The notes: generated by a model from the sequence alone, not told the origin. DNA of 64,000 nt from Polyangiales bacterium (GCA_038231275.1 JBBRLQ010000002.1:256001-320000); one strand, 5' to 3'; shown: positions 27,499-37,601, numbered from the stretch's first letter. Made by a program: numbers and translations.

Positions 27499-28512
27499 CT
27501 ACAAGACCATCCGGACCCCGTGCGTGGGGTCGAGCGTGCCGACTTCCAAGGCGCACGCGTCCGAAGTCGCGCGCGTGACGCCCGCGGCGGTGCGGAGCTC
27601 GAAGGTGGCGCGGGCCAGCTTCGTGTTCAAGCAATGCGTCGGCGGGCCGTCGGGGTTCGGGTAGTAGAGCCCGACGGTGTGCGAGGGATCGCCGATGACC
27701 TCGCCCTCGAGCGAGGCGCCGTCGCCGTACGCGCGGAGCGTGTAGCGATGAGGAGATACCGTCGCACGATTGCGGGCGATCGACGCGAGCGTGTTCATCC
27801 GGAGATCGGCGGCGCCGACGCGCACCGTCGCGATTGTCCCGAGGGGCGCAAGTAGCGGCCCGACGCGCGAGCGCCCGCTCATGCACTCGACCACCAGGTC
27901 CACGTCCTCGTTCCAGGCGTTGCAATGAACCCACGCGTAGAGCGGCGTGTGGCGGGGGCCCCAGTTGTGACCGACCATCCCCGGCCATCCCTCGAGGGTC
28001 CACACGACGCCGTCGACGCGCGCGATTCCCGAGATACGCGCGTCGGCCAGCGGCGAGGCGACCTTCTGCGTGGGAAATCGGCCGTTCATCAGGCCGTCGG
28101 AGTAAGCGGCGAACGGACCGCCGCGCGCGTCGATCGATAGGTCGACGGCGATCGCGCGGCCGCCGCTGTCGATCGTGCCGCGCGCGATTCGCGGCGTGAG
28201 GCGCGAGGCGTCCATGCGCACGTCGAGCTCCGTCGCGGAGATGCGCGCGGACGTCGCGGGGGCGCTGCTCTTGACGGCGACCTGCGGCCCGCCGCGAGTG
28301 AAGGCCACCGCCCACGTCTCGGCGATCGCGCTGCCCTGCCGCGCGTTCCCCGGCTCACCGCGCCCGTCGCGCGCGCTCTGGAAGAGCGTCCACTTCAGCC
28401 AGATCGCGCGCTGGCCCGACGGTTCGTTGGCCTTGAGGAACCAGCTCTCGGTGTGACCCGCGCGGTGCTCACCGCTCCAGCGCGCGCCGGCGTACGTGCG
28501 GTCGTTCGTCAT
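27499..28512 (-). CDS. Hypothetical protein, possibly tocopherol-cyclase/AttH-like beta fold
   Basis: ESWFLKAN near the N-terminus; GMVGHNWG...YAWVHCN resembles the NWG...W-x-x-x-N motif of that fold. Confidence 0.6.
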   Translation of the reverse strand: MTNDRTYAGARWSGEHRAGHTESWFLKANEPSGQRAIWLKWTLFQSARDGRGEPGNARQGSAIAETWAVAFTRGGPQVAVKSSAPATSARISATELDVRMDASRLTPRIARGTIDSGGRAIAVDLSIDARGGPFAAYSDGLMNGRFPTQKVASPLADARISGIARVDGVVWTLEGWPGMVGHNWGPRHTPLYAWVHCNAWNEDVDLVVECMSGRSRVGPLLAPLGTIATVRVGAADLRMNTLASIARNRATVSPHRYTLRAYGDGASLEGEVIGDPSHTVGLYYPNPDGPPTHCLNTKLARATFELRTAAGVTRATSDACALEVGTLDPTHGVRMVL

Positions 28513-28513
28513 G

Positions 28514-29515
28514 TCAGCCGAGAAGCGCGAGGGCTTCTTTGACGAGATCGGGATCGGCGGCGTCGGCACCGAGCTGCTCGATGCGCGCTCGCGCCTCGGC
28601 GATTCGCGCGCGGCCTGCGGCGACGACCGCGGCTTGGCGCTTCTCGCGATCGGTGGAGTCGAGGTCCTTCACGATCTCCGTGATCGCGCGCGGGTTCCCC
28701 ATGCGCGCCAGCGCGACCTTGGCTTGGAATTCACATGTAGACTGCACAAATCGACGAAGCCCCCACGCGCGGCGCTCGAGGTGCGGGATGGCCTCCTTCA
28801 TCCCCAGCGCGCCGGTGACTTCGATCGCCTCTTGCTCGTCCTCGACCTCGGCGCGTCGCGCGAGGCCGCCGCGCACGACGTCGAGGATGAGGGCGCGACC
28901 GGCATCGTCACCGGCCTTCGCCAGGTAGATGGCGGCGACGAGGCGAACTTCGGAGGCGGCGTCCTCGAGCATCGCCTTGGCGCGCGCGTGGAGCGGCGAC
29001 GCGTCGAGGTCGCGCTGATCTTCGGCGATGCGGAGGGCGATGTAGCGGATCGCGGGATCGTCGTCGCGCGTCGCGGCGAGGAGCGCGGCGGGGACGTCCT
29101 CGGGGCTCGCGACGCGCGAGAAGGCGATGACCGCCTGGTAACGGACCTCCGGACGCTCGTCCGCGAGCGCGCGCTCGAGGCGCCCCGCAGCCCGCCTATC
29201 GCCGATCTCGCCGAGGGCGTTCAGGGCCATCTGGCGCACGTACCCGTCCACGTCCTCGACCGCGGTGAGGAGCGACGGGAGCGCCTCTACTCCCTTCACG
29301 TCGGCCAGCGCGATCGCCGCGGCGCCGCGGACGCCGGCGTGCTCGTCCTTGAGCGCCTTCTCGAAGAGCGGCAGCGCCCGCGCGCGCGCCGCGTCGTCGT
29401 TCGTCGCGTGCCGCGCGAGGTCTTTGATCGACGAGGCGCGCGTCTGCGGCTTGTCGCTCGCGAGATCGCGCAGGCTCGCCTCGAGCGTTCGCGGCAGCGG
29501 CGGGGGGTGAAGCAT
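28514..29515 (-). CDS. HEAT-repeat protein
   Basis: Repeated L-x-D...VR..A..AL units (ALKDEHAGVRGAAAIAL, AVEDVDGYVRQMALNALGEIG, ALADERPEVRYQA). Confidence 0.88.
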   Translation of the reverse strand: MLHPPPLPRTLEASLRDLASDKPQTRASSIKDLARHATNDDAARARALPLFEKALKDEHAGVRGAAAIALADVKGVEALPSLLTAVEDVDGYVRQMALNALGEIGDRRAAGRLERALADERPEVRYQAVIAFSRVASPEDVPAALLAATRDDDPAIRYIALRIAEDQRDLDASPLHARAKAMLEDAASEVRLVAAIYLAKAGDDAGRALILDVVRGGLARRAEVEDEQEAIEVTGALGMKEAIPHLERRAWGLRRFVQSTCEFQAKVALARMGNPRAITEIVKDLDSTDREKRQAAVVAAGRARIAEARARIEQLGADAADPDLVKEALALLG

Positions 29516-29575
29516 GACGAAGATGCATTTAGCAGAAACGCGCGGCCGGGGCGCCGGGCGCGGCTGCGAGGACTC

Positions 29576-30355
29576 TCAGTCGCGGGCGGCCGCGCGGCCC
29601 GCGATCAGCATCGAAGCGCTCGTGACGAAGACCGACAGGCTGCCGGCGACGAGGACATGCGGCGCGCGGAGCATCGACGCGACGCCCTGATCCATCACGC
29701 TCCCGAGGGACACACCATCGCGCGGCCCGAAGCCGAGGAACGACAGCGCGGCTTCGCTCACGACGATCGCCGCGGCGGTGCCGCCCAGCTGGACCGCGAC
29801 GACGCCGAGCAAATTCGGCAGCACGTGGCGGAAGAGCACCTCCGCGCGCCCGAGGCCGAGCGCGTACGCCGCCTCGACGAACGCGGCGTCCCGGAGCACG
29901 CGCGTCTGCACCAACGCGAGGCGCGCGAAGGGCGCCCACGCCGTGATCGCGAACACGACGCCGAGGTGGAGGCGGCTCGGCGCGCGCACCGCGGAGAGGA
30001 CCGCGAACGCGAGGAGGAAGGTGGGGAACGCCTGCACGAGATCGCACGCGCGCTCGACGGCGCGCTCGAAGCGGCCGCGCATCATCGCCGACGCGGCGCC
30101 GAGGGGCGTGCCGATCGCGAAACCGACGAGCGCCACGACCACCGCGAGCAGAGCGCCGCGGAGGATGGCGTGGCCCAAGAGCGACGTGAGATCGACGCCA
30201 GCCTCCCCGCAGCCGAGCGGGCGCGCGAGCGTCGGCGCGCAGAAGGCGTCGGCGAGAACGAGCCGATCGGGCGCCCGCGACGCAGAAACGCACACCGCCG
30301 ACGCGAAGACGACGAGGAGCGCGAGCGGCAGGAGACGGAGCAGTCGCCCCTTCAC
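29576..30355 (-). CDS. Peptide/nickel ABC transporter permease (DppC/OppC-like)
   Basis: PLGCGEAGVD; EAA loop FVEAAYALG...RHVLPN; EAALSFLGFG. GTG start overlaps the upstream stop. Confidence 0.9.
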   Translation of the reverse strand: MKGRLLRLLPLALLVVFASAVCVSASRAPDRLVLADAFCAPTLARPLGCGEAGVDLTSLLGHAILRGALLAVVVALVGFAIGTPLGAASAMMRGRFERAVERACDLVQAFPTFLLAFAVLSAVRAPSRLHLGVVFAITAWAPFARLALVQTRVLRDAAFVEAAYALGLGRAEVLFRHVLPNLLGVVAVQLGGTAAAIVVSEAALSFLGFGPRDGVSLGSVMDQGVASMLRAPHVLVAGSLSVFVTSASMLIAGRAAARD

Positions 30356-31290
30356 GCGCGCACCCGCGGATCCATCGCCGCGTGCGCCAGCGCCGCGAGC
30401 CCTTGCGTGAGGACGAAGAGCGCGCCCGACGCTACGACCGCGCCCTCGAGCACCGGCAAGTCGCGCGACGCGTACGCCTCGAGCATCAACGACCCGAGGC
30501 CGGCGCGCTCGAAGAGGCGCTCCAGGACGACGGCGCCGCCGAGGAGCGCGCCGAGCTGCGTCGCGATCACCGTGACGATGGGGCCCGCGCTCGGCGGAAG
30601 CGCATGGACCACCCACACGCGGAAGTTCGTGGCGCCCTTCGCGCGCGCCACCCCCATGAACTGCGCGCGCCCGACGTCGGCGAGCGCGGCGCGACCCACA
30701 CGACCGACCTGCGCGGCGAGCGGAATACCGAGGAGCGCGCTCGCGAACGCGAGGCCCGCGAAGCCCGCGTCGGGATCGCCCGGCAACGGAACGACGCGAA
30801 GACGCGCGGCGAGCCCGTAGGTCACGACCGGCGCGAACGCGAGCAGCGGCGTGGCGGCGACCGCGACGAGGACGCGATCGACGACGCGCCTCCTTTCCCC
30901 CAGCCAGGGCCCCGAGGCGAGGAGCGCCGCGCCGACGCCGAGGATCGCGCCGAAGAGGACCGCGAGCGCGGCGAGCTCGCTCGTAGGACCGAGCGCCGCG
31001 CCGACGCGCGCCATCGCCGCGACCCCGGGCCGCCGCAGCGACTCCCCGAGATCGAGTGTGGCGAGGCCGCGCAGGAAATGTGCATACTGCAACCATAGGG
31101 GCTGATCGAGCCCGAGCTTCGCGCGGAGGAGCGCGCGCTCCGCCTCCTCCGATTGATCGCCAAGGATGAGCGCCGCCGGATCGCCCGGCAGGAGGCGCAT
31201 CGCGAAGAAGACGAGCGAGGCGAGGACGAGGAGGACCGCCGCGGCCTCGGCGACGCGCGAGAGGACGGCGCGCGCGGCGCGGAAGATCAC
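30352..31290 (-). CDS. Peptide/nickel ABC transporter permease (DppB/OppB-like)
   Basis: LLPGDPA, LGLDQPLWLQY, LDLGES, ARAKGA, GAVVLERLF, RDLPV, MDPRVR. Confidence 0.92.
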   Translation of the reverse strand: MIFRAARAVLSRVAEAAAVLLVLASLVFFAMRLLPGDPAALILGDQSEEAERALLRAKLGLDQPLWLQYAHFLRGLATLDLGESLRRPGVAAMARVGAALGPTSELAALAVLFGAILGVGAALLASGPWLGERRRVVDRVLVAVAATPLLAFAPVVTYGLAARLRVVPLPGDPDAGFAGLAFASALLGIPLAAQVGRVGRAALADVGRAQFMGVARAKGATNFRVWVVHALPPSAGPIVTVIATQLGALLGGAVVLERLFERAGLGSLMLEAYASRDLPVLEGAVVASGALFVLTQGLAALAHAAMDPRVRA

Positions 31291-31904
31291 CCGCCCCCGG
31301 CGGCGTCCACGGGGCCTGAATCTCCGGCGTCGGCGCCTCCGTCTGGCGCACCTGCATCGCCTGCATCGCCCGCGTCGCGCACGCCCGCGTCGCCCGAGCC
31401 CGCGTCGGTGACGCCGAGGTCGGGCGCCGCCGGCTGGCACACGGCAGCGTCAGGCGTGCTCGCGAGCGTCGCCGGTCCGCCGACGGCGCCCTCTCCCAGA
31501 TCGGGAGGCACGATGCACACGTGCTGCGTCTGGTCGTCGTCGAGGATGACGGCGCTCCACGGCGTCTGCCGAGGATCGGCACAAATGTACCCGCCGCGGC
31601 AGTCCGAGTCGGAGTGGCACTGCGCCATGCAGAAGGTGCGGGCGGTGCGCGAGGTTCGGCGGTCGTCGTACCCGCACCCCTGCACGGCAGGGTGGAACAT
31701 GACGCACGCGGCCTGGTCCGGGCAGAGGTCGCCGCGACAGTTGAAGAGGGTGCAGTACCCACCCGGCTGCGACGTGTCGCAGAGGCGATCGCCGCGGAGC
31801 GAGCAGTCGGTCGACAGCGTGCACTTGTCGCCGATCGACGGCGTGCACCCCATCGCCCAGCCGGACGAGAGGATTAAAAGGCAGAAAAGGAGCACGCGGG
31901 GCAT
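31287..31904 (-). CDS. Cys-rich lipoprotein with DAG-repeat tail
   Basis: MPRVLLFCLLILSSGWAMGC; IGDKC..STDC...PGGYCT; tail DAGSGDAGVRDAGDAGDAG. Confidence 0.8.
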   Translation of the reverse strand: MPRVLLFCLLILSSGWAMGCTPSIGDKCTLSTDCSLRGDRLCDTSQPGGYCTLFNCRGDLCPDQAACVMFHPAVQGCGYDDRRTSRTARTFCMAQCHSDSDCRGGYICADPRQTPWSAVILDDDQTQHVCIVPPDLGEGAVGGPATLASTPDAAVCQPAAPDLGVTDAGSGDAGVRDAGDAGDAGAPDGGADAGDSGPVDAAGGG

Positions 31905-31948
31905 GCGGCGGCGGACCCTAGCATCCTCCCTCGCAAGCTGAAACCCGT

Positions 31949-32298
<350 letters not shown>

Positions 32299-32305
32299 CG
32301 GCTCG

Positions 32306-33118
32306 ATGAAGCGCGCGCTCGCATGCGCGACGTGCGTGGCCCTCGTGGGTTGCGCCGGAGGATCACCGCTCCTTCACCCCGCGCAGACGCTGGACGCCGG
32401 GGTCATTCGGGCGGCGGCGGGCGTGAGCGCGAACGTCGCGGTCGGCTCGATCGCCGAGGACGTGCGAAACGCGCGCGATCAAGCGGCGCAAAACATCGAC
32501 GTGCCGGGGACGCCCGGGTCGAACCCGACCTACGCGAAGGGCGCGCTCGTCACCGCACTCGTGGCGCCAGGGCTCGCGCCGTTCGTCGCGGCGCGCGTCG
32601 GTGTCGGCGGGCACGCGGAGGGCGGAATCGCATACACGGGGCGCGGCGCTCGGATCGATCTGCGTCGGTCGTTCGAGTCGGGCGGCTTCGCGCTCTCGGT
32701 CGGCGCCGGCGTGACGGGCGCCTTCTACGGGCGGCAGCAGGGCTCGCCGCTGCCGAACGTCGAGCTGTCGGCGCTCCACGGCTTCGGCGCGGACGTCCCG
32801 ATCCTCGTCGGCTGGCGGAGCGACGGCGGCCTCTACCACGTGTGGGGAGGGGCGCGCGGCGGCTTCGAGCGCGACGAGATCGAGAGCCTGACGAGCGAGC
32901 CGAAGAGCGTCTCGATCGGCACGCCGCCGATTCATCTCGCCGCGACCCGCTACTACGGAGGCGGCCTCATCGGCGTCGGAACCGGCTTCCGCCACGTCCA
33001 CGTCGCCCTCGAGCTCGACGTCGCGTACCAGTCGGCGACCGGCGACTACAACGACACGCACGTGAAGGTCAGCGGCGTGGCCCTCTCGCCCGCGACCGCG
33101 CTCTGGTGGACCTTCTGA
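32306..33118 (+). CDS. Lipoprotein, possible outer-membrane beta-barrel
   Basis: Lipobox LVGC; alternating amphipathic beta segments; ends in WWTF. Confidence 0.7.
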   Translation: MKRALACATCVALVGCAGGSPLLHPAQTLDAGVIRAAAGVSANVAVGSIAEDVRNARDQAAQNIDVPGTPGSNPTYAKGALVTALVAPGLAPFVAARVGVGGHAEGGIAYTGRGARIDLRRSFESGGFALSVGAGVTGAFYGRQQGSPLPNVELSALHGFGADVPILVGWRSDGGLYHVWGGARGGFERDEIESLTSEPKSVSIGTPPIHLAATRYYGGGLIGVGTGFRHVHVALELDVAYQSATGDYNDTHVKVSGVALSPATALWWTF

Positions 33119-33162
33119 GGGGCCCCCGTAGGCTCCAACTTATTGAAATCGCACGACGCGGC

Positions 33163-33191
33163 TTGCAGAGCCGGCGGCCTCCCGTTAACCT
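33163..33191 (+). promoter_or_regulatory. Putative sigma-70-type promoter
   Basis: TTGCAG-N17-TAACCT ahead of the ATG at 33206. Confidence 0.5.
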
Positions 33192-33205
33192 AGTCGGAAC
33201 GACGA

Positions 33206-34072
33206 ATGCGCCTTCCCCTTCTCAGCCTCGCCCCCGCCGCACCCGCCGCCCTCGCGCTGCTCGTCGGTTGTTCCGCGCCCGTCGCGGCCTCCGCCGAAGC
33301 GGCCGACGCCGAAGCGACCAGCCCCGCCGCCGCGATCGTCGTGGTGGAGCGCACTGCCGGTCCCGGGGATGGGACGCGCGCCGAGGCGATCGCGCGCTTC
33401 GTGCAGATGCGCTCGGGCGTGGTCGATGAGGCCTCGCTGCGCATGATCGGCGCCGCCGTGGATTTCCCGGCGCTCGGCGGTTGCACGCAGGTCGGCCGCG
33501 GCTGGAGCGACGCGCCCGCGCGGGCGGTCAAGCTCGCGGACGTCGGCGGCGTCTCACTCGAGGCGAACGGCGTGAAGACGAGCCTCACCGCTCGGCAGCT
33601 CCCCGACGTCGCCGATCTCGTGAGCGGCGTCGTGTATACGGGCCGCGGCGAGAGCGCTCTCTCTCCTCAAGTACGCTACGTGCTCCGAAGCACGGGCACC
33701 GCGGAGGTCGACGCGTTCGAAGTGCTCGCGACCGCTCCGGCCGAGCCGTCCGACGTCCGCGTCGCGAGCCAGGACGGCCGCGCGCCCGTGCTCCTCGTCC
33801 CCGGCGCCGCGGTCGATCTTGCGTGGGAGGCCGGCGCGATCGACGATCTCATCTACGTCGACGTCGCCTCGCGCGATCGCACCAGGCCGGTCACGCGCTG
33901 CCTCTTCACGGACGGCGGCCACGCCACGCTCGCGAACGCGGCGCTCGGCGCGATCGACGAAGGAACGATCAGCGTTCATCGCCTGCACCGCGAAGGGTTC
34001 CGCGCGCGCGGGCTCGACTCGGGCGAGGTGCGCTTCGACTTCGCGCGGACGATCGCCTTCACTCGCCGCTGA
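33206..34072 (+). CDS. Hypothetical lipoprotein (beta-rich)
   Basis: Lipobox LVGC; typical codon bias. Confidence 0.75.
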   Translation: MRLPLLSLAPAAPAALALLVGCSAPVAASAEAADAEATSPAAAIVVVERTAGPGDGTRAEAIARFVQMRSGVVDEASLRMIGAAVDFPALGGCTQVGRGWSDAPARAVKLADVGGVSLEANGVKTSLTARQLPDVADLVSGVVYTGRGESALSPQVRYVLRSTGTAEVDAFEVLATAPAEPSDVRVASQDGRAPVLLVPGAAVDLAWEAGAIDDLIYVDVASRDRTRPVTRCLFTDGGHATLANAALGAIDEGTISVHRLHREGFRARGLDSGEVRFDFARTIAFTRR

Positions 34073-34090
34073 GGTGGAGCGAAGCGCAGC

Positions 34091-34132
34091 GGAGCGAAAC
34101 GCTCCTGACGGAAGGCCCGAGCGGCTTTTTCC
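34091..34132 (+). terminator. Tandem intergenic hairpins (REP-like or terminator-like)
   Basis: GGAGCG-AAA-CGCTCC (34091-34105), followed by an imperfect GGAAGGCC...GGCTTTTTCC stem. Confidence 0.35.
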
Positions 34133-34191
34133 GGTCCGGCCTCGAAGCGACAAAACTTGATTTTCCGAGGCCTGGAACTAGGGTCCGGTCC

Positions 34192-35004
34192 ATGCGTGGC
34201 GTCCTCGCGTTCTCGGCCATCGCGCTCCTCGCAGCGCACGCCCGTGGGGACGCGCCCAAAAAGCCGACTCCCGCGAAGAAGCCGGGCCCCGTCGCGCACG
34301 TCGCCAAGCCGATGCCCCCGAAGTACGCCCAGTATGTGAAGGGCTGGCACACGCCGACGCCGAACAAACCTGCGCCGACGGATGCGAACGGCCGTCCGCT
34401 GCTCGCGCTCCTCGCGCTGAACACGGGCGATCGACTGGAGCTGCCCGCGATCACCGACCGCGGCGGCTTCGCGGCGTCGCAGCTCGATCGCGCCGCGTTC
34501 GTCCTGCGCGAGGCGCACTCGGGGAACGAGCACCCAATCGAGCCGCGGCTGCTCGACGTCGTCTACGCGATCCAGACGCATTTCTCCGCGCAAGAGGTGC
34601 GAATGGTCTCTGGCTACCGAACGCCATACCACGGCGCGTCGAACCACGGACGCGGGCGCGCGATGGATCTCGTGGTGCCGGGCGCCAGCGACGAGGACGT
34701 TGCGAAGTTCGCGCGCGAGATGGGCTTCGTCGGCGTGGGCGTCTATCCACAGAGCGGCTTCGTGCACGTGGACGTGCGCGACCGGAGCTACTTCTGGATC
34801 GACGCCAGCGGCCCCGGGCGGCGAAACCGCGAGCGCGGCATCCTCGGGGACTTGGCGCAAAAGAGCGACCAGCGCGCGCTCTCCCGTGGCGACAAGCCGA
34901 CCCTCCCCTTCGTGATGGGCACGGACGTCGACGCCGCGCTGGCGCTCGCGAGGGGAACCGCCGGTCCCCCCCCGGCCGACGACGACGACGACGATACGGA
35001 CTAA
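34192..35004 (+). CDS. DUF882/YcbK (peptidase M15, MepK-like) exported protein
   Basis: Signal peptide; IEPRLLDVV; VSGYRT; SNHGRGRAMD; GVGVYPQSGFVHVDVR. Confidence 0.9.
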   Translation: MRGVLAFSAIALLAAHARGDAPKKPTPAKKPGPVAHVAKPMPPKYAQYVKGWHTPTPNKPAPTDANGRPLLALLALNTGDRLELPAITDRGGFAASQLDRAAFVLREAHSGNEHPIEPRLLDVVYAIQTHFSAQEVRMVSGYRTPYHGASNHGRGRAMDLVVPGASDEDVAKFAREMGFVGVGVYPQSGFVHVDVRDRSYFWIDASGPGRRNRERGILGDLAQKSDQRALSRGDKPTLPFVMGTDVDAALALARGTAGPPPADDDDDDTD

Positions 35005-35013
35005 CCTAGAGCG

Positions 35014-36963
35014 GTGGATCCGGACGTCGCGCAGCTCGTCAAAGAGGAGCGGCTGATCGCGGCCGCCGAGCTGGCCTCGCTTCGCGGTGCTCATGGCGTC
35101 GCATCGGATCTGTACGAGCGCGCGTGCGCGTGGAAGGAGGCTGCGCTCGCCGCGCTGTCTGCAGGAGACGCCGCGCGCGCGTTGCCTCTCGCGGTTGCAG
35201 GAGGCGACGATACGACCGCGGAGAAGGCGCTCGCGGCGGTCGCGCACGACAAGAGCGCGCTCGGTCGGGTGGCCGCACGCCTCGAGCGACGCGGTGATCA
35301 CGGATGGTGCGCGCGTCTGCACGAAGCGGCGGGAGACAGGGCGCAGGCGGCCCGATCGTGGGAGCGCGCCGGTGAGGCGGTACGCGCGGCGCGCTTGCTC
35401 GAGGAGGCCGCAGACGTCGTCGGCGCGGCGCGCGTGCTCGAGTCGGCCATTCGGAGAGATCCATCGATCTGGGCGCGACACGTCGCGCTCGGCGCGCTGC
35501 TCCTTCGCTACGGCAAGGCAGAGGCGGCGGCGCGCGCACTCCAGAAGGTACCGGCAGCGGCGACCGAGCGAAGGGCCGCGCTGACCCTGCTCGCCCGCGC
35601 GCTCGAGAAGCTCGGCCTCGGACAGGCGCTCGCGGAGGTGACCTTCGAGCTCGACGCGCTCGGGGGACCGCTCGAGCCCGCGGCGGTCGACGCGCCGCCG
35701 GCCGCCGTCAAGGCGCGGCTCTTCGGCCGCTACGAGGTCTTGCGCGAGGTCGCCTCGAGCCCGAGCGCGCGCGTCGTCGAGTGCATCGACGGCGTGCGCA
35801 ACGAGCACGTCGCCGTGAAGGTCTTCGCCGCGTACGACGCGCGAGGGGCCGGTCGCGACGCGCTCGCGCGCTTCGAGCGAGAGGTGAAGGTGCTGGGCAC
35901 GCTCGATCACCCGAACGTGGTGCCGCTACGCGACTACATGCCCGAGGGCCCGGCGATCGCGCTCATGTGGATGAACGGCGGCACCCTCGAGAACCGCATG
36001 GAGGGTGGCGCGCTCTCGCCGGCGCGGGCGGTCGAGATCGCGTGCGCCGTCCTGAGCGCGCTGGCGGAGGCGCATCGGCTCGGCGTCTTGCATCGCGACG
36101 TGAAGCCCGCGAACGTGCTCTTCGACGACGCCGGCGTCGCGCGCCTCGGCGACTTCGGCGTCGCGCACCTCGGCGATCTCTCTGCGACCGCGACCGCCGG
36201 CGTCATCGGCACGCTCGCGTACATGAGCCCCGAGCAGCGCGAAGGAAGGCCGGCCACGCTCAAGAGCGATCTCTACGGCGTAGGCGCGATGCTCCTCGAG
36301 ATGCTCACCGGCGATCGCCCCGAGCCGCCCGAGCCGCCGCGCACGCTGCCCAGCGGCGCGCACCGCGATCTCGACGCGCGCCACGATCGGCTGGTCATGC
36401 GCATGATCTCGGCGGAGCCCGATGGGCGACCGGCGGACGCGTTCACGGCGCGTCGCATGCTGACGGCGCTGTCGTGGCCGAGCGTCGTCGAACCCGCTGC
36501 GCCCAAGCCGCCGAAGCGGGCCCCGAGCGAGCACCCGCGCGCTGGGCGTGTGACGGTCCGCGACGACGGCACCGCCGTCGACGGATGGATCGAGCGCGCG
36601 ATCGAGCGGGTGCCGCTGAACGAGCACTCCCTCGCTCGGGCCAAAGCGTTCGCGCGCGCGGGCCACCGCGGCCTCCAGACGGTGCTCCGCGTCGATCGCG
36701 AGGGAGAAGAGATCTGGCTGGAGCCCACGCGTGGCGATCCCGCAGCCGCCCTCACGCGCGCGCAAGCTCTGGAGATCGAGGCCGCGCTCGACGCGCTCCA
36801 CGCCGAGGGCGCGACGCACGGCGCCGTCGACGCCGCGCACGTCCTCGTAGGAGCGACCGGCGCCGTCGTCCTGCGCTTCACCCCGAGCGCGCCGGCCACG
36901 GCGAGCGTCGACACCGATCGCCTGGGGATCGCGCGCCTCTCGGCCTCCCCCGCGACTACTTGA
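35014..36963 (+). CDS. Ser/Thr protein kinase with N-terminal TPR-like region and C-terminal kinase-like remnant
   Basis: VAVK, RFERE, HPNVV, HRDVKPANV, DFG, YMSPE, SDLYGVG. Confidence 0.9.
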   Translation: MDPDVAQLVKEERLIAAAELASLRGAHGVASDLYERACAWKEAALAALSAGDAARALPLAVAGGDDTTAEKALAAVAHDKSALGRVAARLERRGDHGWCARLHEAAGDRAQAARSWERAGEAVRAARLLEEAADVVGAARVLESAIRRDPSIWARHVALGALLLRYGKAEAAARALQKVPAAATERRAALTLLARALEKLGLGQALAEVTFELDALGGPLEPAAVDAPPAAVKARLFGRYEVLREVASSPSARVVECIDGVRNEHVAVKVFAAYDARGAGRDALARFEREVKVLGTLDHPNVVPLRDYMPEGPAIALMWMNGGTLENRMEGGALSPARAVEIACAVLSALAEAHRLGVLHRDVKPANVLFDDAGVARLGDFGVAHLGDLSATATAGVIGTLAYMSPEQREGRPATLKSDLYGVGAMLLEMLTGDRPEPPEPPRTLPSGAHRDLDARHDRLVMRMISAEPDGRPADAFTARRMLTALSWPSVVEPAAPKPPKRAPSEHPRAGRVTVRDDGTAVDGWIERAIERVPLNEHSLARAKAFARAGHRGLQTVLRVDREGEEIWLEPTRGDPAAALTRAQALEIEAALDALHAEGATHGAVDAAHVLVGATGAVVLRFTPSAPATASVDTDRLGIARLSASPATT

Positions 36964-37528
36964 CGGACTTCGGGGCGGTCGTCGGCGCCGCAGCAGGTGT
37001 CGGCGTCGGCGCAGGCTTCGGGGCGGCCGTCGACGCGGGCGCCGGTGCGGTCGGCTCGTCGTCGATGATCGCGTAGCGGAGCTCGCGCGGAACCCCCTCG
37101 CGCTCGTACTCGACGCGGAGCTCGCTCGAGACGTCGAGCGACTTGAACGCTTCGAGCGCCTCTTCCGGATGCTCGATCGAGAAGCCGTTGACGTGGGTGA
37201 CGACGTCTCCCGCTTTCAGATCCACTCCCTGGAACATCCCCGGGTCGTTGAGTCGCTGCACGCGGAAGCCTTGGAAGCGCCCACCCTGGAAGACGGCGTG
37301 CTCGTCGAGCGTCACGCGCTGCAAAAACGCGCCGGGTCCTGCCTGGAGCACGGCGTGGAGCTGCGAGCGCCGGATCGATCCCGCCGGCGTGGGGAGCGGC
37401 GTCGGTGCGGGTGCGACGACGGCCGTACGCGCGGCCTGACCGGACGGCCCCTCGGCGGGCGGAGCCGAGCCCCCGCACGCGACGAGCCCCACGAGGAAGA
37501 GTCCCACGAGTCCGGCGGCGCTTCGCAT
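36956..37528 (-). CDS. PDZ-domain lipoprotein (GspC-PDZ-like)
   Basis: Lipobox LVAC; GRFQGFRV...LKAGDVVTHVNGFSI...A.EAF..L...LRVEYEREG. Confidence 0.82.
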   Translation of the reverse strand: MRSAAGLVGLFLVGLVACGGSAPPAEGPSGQAARTAVVAPAPTPLPTPAGSIRRSQLHAVLQAGPGAFLQRVTLDEHAVFQGGRFQGFRVQRLNDPGMFQGVDLKAGDVVTHVNGFSIEHPEEALEAFKSLDVSSELRVEYEREGVPRELRYAIIDDEPTAPAPASTAAPKPAPTPTPAAAPTTAPKSVK

Positions 37529-37601
37529 GTCGTAGACCCTGCCTCGAACGGGCTGCTTTTTCAACTTTCGAGCAGAAACGCCGGACAGGGCCGCCCGAGG
37601 G

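Noticed and set aside
29576-31762. 728-aa ORF spanning the lipoprotein and both permeases
   Set aside because: Only the last 259 codons look protein-like; the rest is off-frame open reading across overlapping genes.
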